Assembly: GCA_963977015.1 (NCBI GenBank)
Contig: CAXBMO010000009.1
Location: forward strand, 96,001 to 160,000
Reading direction: 5' to 3'
DNA: 64,000 bases
Origin: an uncultured bacterium
GTDB lineage: Bacteria; Verrucomicrobiota; Verrucomicrobiia; Verrucomicrobiales; DEV007
The position numbers and the translations under genes are program-made. The notes under the pieces are model-generated. The model did no database searches. It was given only the letters and a program-made list of their open reading frames with translations, and was not told the origin of the DNA. Positions 59,295-64,000 of this stretch are shown piece by piece (positions within the stretch are counted from its first letter, which is position 1; each line of letters begins with the position of its first letter).

Positions 59295-60536
59295 ATGAAT
59301 CGCACCAAAGCCCTGATCATTCGCGCAGCGATCGCCCTCCTCATTTTCGTGGCGGGCGCCAGTTACTATGCCTATTTGATCAAGACCGGTCCGCAACCTG
59401 AGCAACGCCCCGCCATTCGCTCCTATCCCGTCATCGAGGTCATGGAGCTGGAGCGGTCCGATTTTCAGGTCAGGATTCCCTCACAGGGAATTGTAACGCC
59501 CCGCACCAACACCGATCTCACCGCTGAGGTTTCCGGGAAAATCGCCCATATTCCCAACCAGTTTCTCAACGGCGCGTTCTTCCAAAAGGGGGAAGTCCTC
59601 GTCGAATTGGATGCGCGGAATTACGAAACCGCGTTGGCCAGAACCGAAGCGGAGCTCACCCGCACCCAGACGGCATTGGCGCTGGCAAAGGCCGCGACCG
59701 ACCGGGCCCGTGAAGACTGGAAACGGTTGGGTCTGAGAGGGACGCCGACCGATCTCAACCTGAAAATCCCCCAATTGCGGGAAGCCGAAGCCAACGTGAA
59801 AGCTGCGGAAGCAAATGTCGCCGAGGCCAAGTTGAACGTCGAGCGCTGCAAAATCTCCGCTCCCTACTCCGGTCGCGTCCTCGAGAAACTGGTTGATGTC
59901 GGACAATTCGTGAGTCCAGGAACCATGTTAGGGCAAATCTATTCCACCGAGTTGTTCGAGGTCCGCCTCCCTCTTCGCAACGATCAACTGGCTTTTCTGG
60001 AATTGGAACGCGCCGACGGCCGGAAGCCTGCCGTCGCCCTTTCCGGTGAAGCAAGTGCGGACGCCCAGTGGCCCGCCTGGATTGAGCGGACGGAGGCCGC
60101 CGTCGATGCGCGAAGCCGCCAGCTTTTCGTGATTGCGGCGATCGATCTTTCTCTGGCTGACTCACCTCCCCTTCCCAGCGGCACCTTCGTGGAAGCTGAA
60201 ATTGAAGGGAAACTCCTCAAAGACGTGTTTGTGATTCCTCGCACGGCCACACGATCGGGCAACCACGTGATGCGGGTGACCCAGAATCAGAAAGTCGAGT
60301 TCCAGGAGCTGGATGTGATCTATGATGGTGACGCGAACTTTTTGATCGCAAAAGCTGGCGGAAACCTGGATGCGGGTGATCAGATCTCGCTGACTCCGCT
60401 TCCCTTCGTCAGCAATGGTGATCAAATCACGATCAAGGGAGCGCAAAGCAACTCTCCCGAGCAACGCCGTCCTCCACTCGTCAAAGGGCCAAATGGCCCG
60501 AAAGCGCAGAAGAACGAGCCGAAAACCGAGTCATAG
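59295..60536 (+). CDS. RND efflux periplasmic adaptor (MFP)
   Basis: N-terminal TM, AEVSGKI, lipoyl-hairpin-lipoyl layout, ISAPYSGRV, VDVGQFV.PG. Confidence 0.92.
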   Translation: MNRTKALIIRAAIALLIFVAGASYYAYLIKTGPQPEQRPAIRSYPVIEVMELERSDFQVRIPSQGIVTPRTNTDLTAEVSGKIAHIPNQFLNGAFFQKGEVLVELDARNYETALARTEAELTRTQTALALAKAATDRAREDWKRLGLRGTPTDLNLKIPQLREAEANVKAAEANVAEAKLNVERCKISAPYSGRVLEKLVDVGQFVSPGTMLGQIYSTELFEVRLPLRNDQLAFLELERADGRKPAVALSGEASADAQWPAWIERTEAAVDARSRQLFVIAAIDLSLADSPPLPSGTFVEAEIEGKLLKDVFVIPRTATRSGNHVMRVTQNQKVEFQELDVIYDGDANFLIAKAGGNLDAGDQISLTPLPFVSNGDQITIKGAQSNSPEQRRPPLVKGPNGPKAQKNEPKTES

Positions 60537-60622
60537 CCGCTTGAGGCGGCGCAACCTGGCGGATTCGGAGATACGATTCTGGACGGGAGCCATTTTCTCC
60601 CCAAGTTTTCGCTCCACCGTCC

Positions 60623-63220
60623 ATGGACTGGCAACACCCCTATCTTCTCCTCATCATTCCGATCGCGCTGGCGTTTTTGATATTCGTCGATTCCCGGTCA
60701 TCCCACCCGATGTCGCCGCTGCGTCATCGGTTGTTGCTGATTTCCCGCTCGATCCTCGTGATTCTCGTCACCGTGGCGTTGGCGAATCCGGCTTGGGTGG
60801 TCAAAAGTCGCGAACAGGCCGTCGTATTTGTGCTCGATCATTCGCAAAGCCTCGGAGAAAAGGGGCTCGATTCGCTTTACGAGCAGTTTGACCGGTTGCG
60901 TCAAAAAATCGGCGGAGGCGTCCAAATCGGAGTCGTCTCAGCGGGTCGCGACGGTGAAGTTTTGACCTATCCCGGCAAACCCACTCCCAATGCTGGTATC
61001 GGCAAGGCGGTGATGGATCGCGACGGCGCCGCGACGAATCTGTCGAAAGCTGTGACTCTCGCTTCCGCGATTTTTCCGGCCGGCACATCCCGTCACATCG
61101 TGGTCTTGAGTGATGGCCAGGAAACCACCGGCAGTCTCGAATCCCAAGCCAAGGCCTCCGCCGTAACCGGCATCAAGATCCACGCGCTGCCCATTGGTGG
61201 AGAACAACGGCCCGATGTTCGAGTCACCCGGTTGGCGAGTTCCCAGAGCCGAATCAACGAAGGTGCGACCGTCGACCTCACCGCCACCATCGAATCCTCG
61301 ATCACCGGTTCGGGACGCGTTCGCCTCTTTGAAAACGGTTTGGAAGTCGACAGCCAGGATATCACCGTTGCTCCCGGCGAATCGCAGACGCTGCGCTTTC
61401 GTCGTTCGCCGGATCAACGAAACATCTACAATTACCGTGCGGTGATCGAGGGCTTTGATCGCGAAGACGCCATTCCCGACAACAATGAATCGCTCGCGAT
61501 CGTCGATGTGCGCGGCAAACCGCTGCTTCTCTACATCGAAGGCGAGGCCGGAGAATCGAAGTACCTGGTGCGTGCCATGGCCAAGGAAGGAATTCGTCTC
61601 GATGTTCGGGCGGCGAACGGCATTCCCCACAATCTCCGCGAACTCGCGGGTTACGACGCGATCGTTTTCTCCGACATCGCAGCTCATGAAATTGGCGAAA
61701 ACCGGATGATCGCGATCCGCGATTACGTCGACAAACTCGGTGGCGGCTTCGTCATGATCGGAGGTCCCAACTCCTTCGGAGTCGGCGGCTATCATCGCAC
61801 CCCCATCGAAGAATTGCTTCCCCTGAAACTGCGCGGCCCCGATCACGAAGAGCAGCAATCGTCAGCCCTGGCTCTGGTAATCGATCGTTCCGGATCCATG
61901 TCGGGCCAGAAAATCGAGATTTGCAAATCGGCGGCCATCGCGACGGCGGAATTGCTGAACGATAAGGACCACATCGGCGTTTATGCCTTCGATTCCAGCG
62001 TCCACACCGTCATGCCCATGAGCCGGGTCGGCTCCAGCCGATCCATCGCCGATCAAATTTCCATGCTCAGCTCCGGTGGCGGAACGAACATCTATCCGGG
62101 AATGACCACGGCAAAGAAGGAGCTCGGCAAGGTGAAAGCCAAGATCCGGCACATGATCGTGCTGACCGACGGCCAAACCTCGGGCTCAGGGTATCAGGCG
62201 CTCGCGGCGCAATGTCAGAGTGAAGGAATCACGATTTCGACCGTGGCCGTTGGATCGGGCGCGCAAATCGGGCTTTTGCAGGCAATCGCGGCGGCTGGAG
62301 GCGGTCGAAGCTACGTGACGATGGATCCCACGGCCATCACCCGCATTTTCACGCAGGATACGATGATGCACACCGGGCGGTTGATTCAGGAGGAGCCCTT
62401 TCAAGCGGAATTGGTCGAGCAACATCCCATGCTTCGAAATTGGGACCAAACGCCGGCTCCACCGCTCCTCGGATACGTAAAGACGAACCGCAAAGCGACT
62501 TCCCAAGTTCCCCTCGTCACGGAATCGGGCGATCCCCTCCTCGCCCATTGGCGATTTGGGCTGGGCAAAGTCACGGCCTTCACCAGCGATTGTAAATCGC
62601 GTTGGGGAGCCCTGTGGGTCAATGGATGGGATGGATACAGCCGCCTTTGGGCGCAGATTCTGAGAGAAACCGCGCGCCCGCCTCAGGGGCGCAACATGGA
62701 TTTGCGCCTTGAGGCCAAAGGTGAGGAAATGGAAATCGTGGTCGATTTGCTGGAAGACGCCGGAACGCGGAAAAACAACGCTGATGTCGATTGCGACATC
62801 TTCTTCGTCCCGGCCAATGCTCTGGGTTCGAGCATGAAACCGGTCGCCACGAAACAGCTCGAACAGGAAGGACCGGGGTTGTATTCCACCAGTTTCCGCC
62901 CCACCGACGCCGGCGTTTATCTGGTGCGGGCGAAGACGGGAGCCCAAATGGTTTCCGCCGGTCACGTTCACAACCCCTCCAGCGAAGTCGCGACCGGCCA
63001 GATCAATCGCGAGCTACTCAAAACTGCGGCCGAAACGACTGGCGGTCAGCTTCTCGAATCAGCCGATGACAAGCTTGCGCTCACCGGAACCGATGTTTCC
63101 CGCTACGTCGAAATTTGGCCGTATCTGATGGGCATTTTTCTCGGCGTTCTCCTTGTCGACGTAACGATTCGACGCTGGGAAAACGTTCTCGGGATGATTG
63201 AAGTCGCAAAAGGGCGTTGA
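60623..63220 (+). CDS. Membrane-anchored double-vWA protein with glutamine-amidotransferase-like domain
   Basis: BatA-like N-terminal TMs, MIDAS motifs DHSQS and DRSGS, GGGFVMIGG..SFG.GGY, C-terminal TM. Confidence 0.9.
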   Translation: MDWQHPYLLLIIPIALAFLIFVDSRSSHPMSPLRHRLLLISRSILVILVTVALANPAWVVKSREQAVVFVLDHSQSLGEKGLDSLYEQFDRLRQKIGGGVQIGVVSAGRDGEVLTYPGKPTPNAGIGKAVMDRDGAATNLSKAVTLASAIFPAGTSRHIVVLSDGQETTGSLESQAKASAVTGIKIHALPIGGEQRPDVRVTRLASSQSRINEGATVDLTATIESSITGSGRVRLFENGLEVDSQDITVAPGESQTLRFRRSPDQRNIYNYRAVIEGFDREDAIPDNNESLAIVDVRGKPLLLYIEGEAGESKYLVRAMAKEGIRLDVRAANGIPHNLRELAGYDAIVFSDIAAHEIGENRMIAIRDYVDKLGGGFVMIGGPNSFGVGGYHRTPIEELLPLKLRGPDHEEQQSSALALVIDRSGSMSGQKIEICKSAAIATAELLNDKDHIGVYAFDSSVHTVMPMSRVGSSRSIADQISMLSSGGGTNIYPGMTTAKKELGKVKAKIRHMIVLTDGQTSGSGYQALAAQCQSEGITISTVAVGSGAQIGLLQAIAAAGGGRSYVTMDPTAITRIFTQDTMMHTGRLIQEEPFQAELVEQHPMLRNWDQTPAPPLLGYVKTNRKATSQVPLVTESGDPLLAHWRFGLGKVTAFTSDCKSRWGALWVNGWDGYSRLWAQILRETARPPQGRNMDLRLEAKGEEMEIVVDLLEDAGTRKNNADVDCDIFFVPANALGSSMKPVATKQLEQEGPGLYSTSFRPTDAGVYLVRAKTGAQMVSAGHVHNPSSEVATGQINRELLKTAAETTGGQLLESADDKLALTGTDVSRYVEIWPYLMGIFLGVLLVDVTIRRWENVLGMIEVAKGR

Positions 63221-63388
63221 TCTGGTCAGTTCGGGAACCGGGCGATGACAGACACGGAAACGTACGGATCAACGAGGATTTGAGCTTCATGCACATGGAA
63301 CAGTCTGATGTTTGAGCACAAAGTTAGAAGTTGAACCGCAAGTTGCGTGATTGGCGGAGTCTTTCCGTCTAAGTTAAAATGCTTTTGC

Positions 63389-64000
63389 ATGCCCTCTCCC
63401 TTTGAAGATCCATCCTTTTCGACTTCCGATTTCGATCTCGGGGATACCGGTTTGACCTGGAAGACCGGCAATCAGCGCAAGCGCCGGGGGATGGGCCCCC
63501 TGCCGATCCTTTTTCTCGGCGGACTGCTTTGCCTTGGGATCGTCGTCACCTTCATCAAGGCTTCAAGAAGCGCCGCGCGAAACGACTCTCACCTCGCAAA
63601 AATCGAAAAACCGGAGGTCAAGGTCGAGCCAAATCACAGCGCTTATATCCCCACCGTCCCTCGCGAATTGCCGACCACGATTGTGCTCCCCAGTGTAGAG
63701 GATTCGCCGCCTACAGACTCCCAGTTTGAGCCGAACGCGGAACCACCGGAAATTGCTCGAACCGAGCCGGAACCGTTACCTCAGCCTCCGGAAATACCTC
63801 CGATTTCCGAAGAACCGGCGCCCGAGGAGCCACCCGAAGTCGCGTCCATTCCCGAGCGGCCCCAAGAACCAGCCGTCGCCTCCGTCGAACCGGCTGATCC
63901 GAGAATGCAGCCTCCGCTTCCAATCCCGCAGGACCGCCCCATCCCGCGTCAGCGCCGAATTGGAGAAGCCAGGTTCGCGTTGCTCATTCCGGTTGCTCAA
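63389..64000 (+). CDS. Pro/Glu-rich bitopic membrane protein, truncated at window edge
   Basis: Not in ORF track; open from ATG 63389 to the end: MPSPFEDPSF...RKRRGMGPLPILFLGGLLCLGIVVTFIK then a PE-rich linker. Confidence 0.7.
   Translation, partial: MPSPFEDPSFSTSDFDLGDTGLTWKTGNQRKRRGMGPLPILFLGGLLCLGIVVTFIKASRSAARNDSHLAKIEKPEVKVEPNHSAYIPTVPRELPTTIVLPSVEDSPPTDSQFEPNAEPPEIARTEPEPLPQPPEIPPISEEPAPEEPPEVASIPERPQEPAVASVEPADPRMQPPLPIPQDRPIPRQRRIGEARFALLIPVAQ

Noticed and set aside
63226-63471. 81-aa minus-strand ORF
   Set aside because: It overlaps the better-supported plus-strand ORF starting at 63389 and has no motif.
1-64000. CRISPR array, IS element, prophage or rRNA
   Set aside because: No regularly spaced repeats, transposase, integrase, phage genes or rRNA-like sequence were seen by eye; short or degenerate elements could have been missed.

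Overview
Gene-dense, mostly housekeeping chromosomal window, very probably from a Verrucomicrobiota (PVC) bacterium. This is inferred from two DUF1549/DUF1553 proteins, a pilin-like protein with a choice-of-anchor-K-like tail, a Tat-exported Gfo/Idh/MocA enzyme, a sulfatase and vWA proteins. Recognisable core genes are ndk, fbaA, glyQS, hisG, galE, typA, acpS, pdxJ, hpnD, an Fpg/Nei glycosylase and tRNA-Ala(GGC). Three genes missing from the ORF track were read by hand: a truncated cytochrome-c/DUF1549 gene at the left edge, a 34-aa bS22/AURKAIP1-like basic protein, and a truncated Pro-rich membrane protein at the right edge. No transposase, integrase, prophage or CRISPR array was seen. The best candidate for an undescribed system is a co-oriented tailoring cluster at 46670-50926: Stf3-like sulfotransferase, His-box desaturase, WelO5/AmbO5-like Fe(II)/2OG enzyme carrying HxD instead of the halogenase HxG, and a SAM methyltransferase. 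Other leads are a TIR-TM-TPR receptor-like protein, a structured intergenic region with mutually exclusive hairpins, a recurring TTATAAT-N-ATTATAA (Per/Fur-box-like) palindrome, apparent leaderless promoters, an ECF-sigma/pilT operon and a small secretin-like protein. All family calls come from motif recognition by eye; no searches were run.
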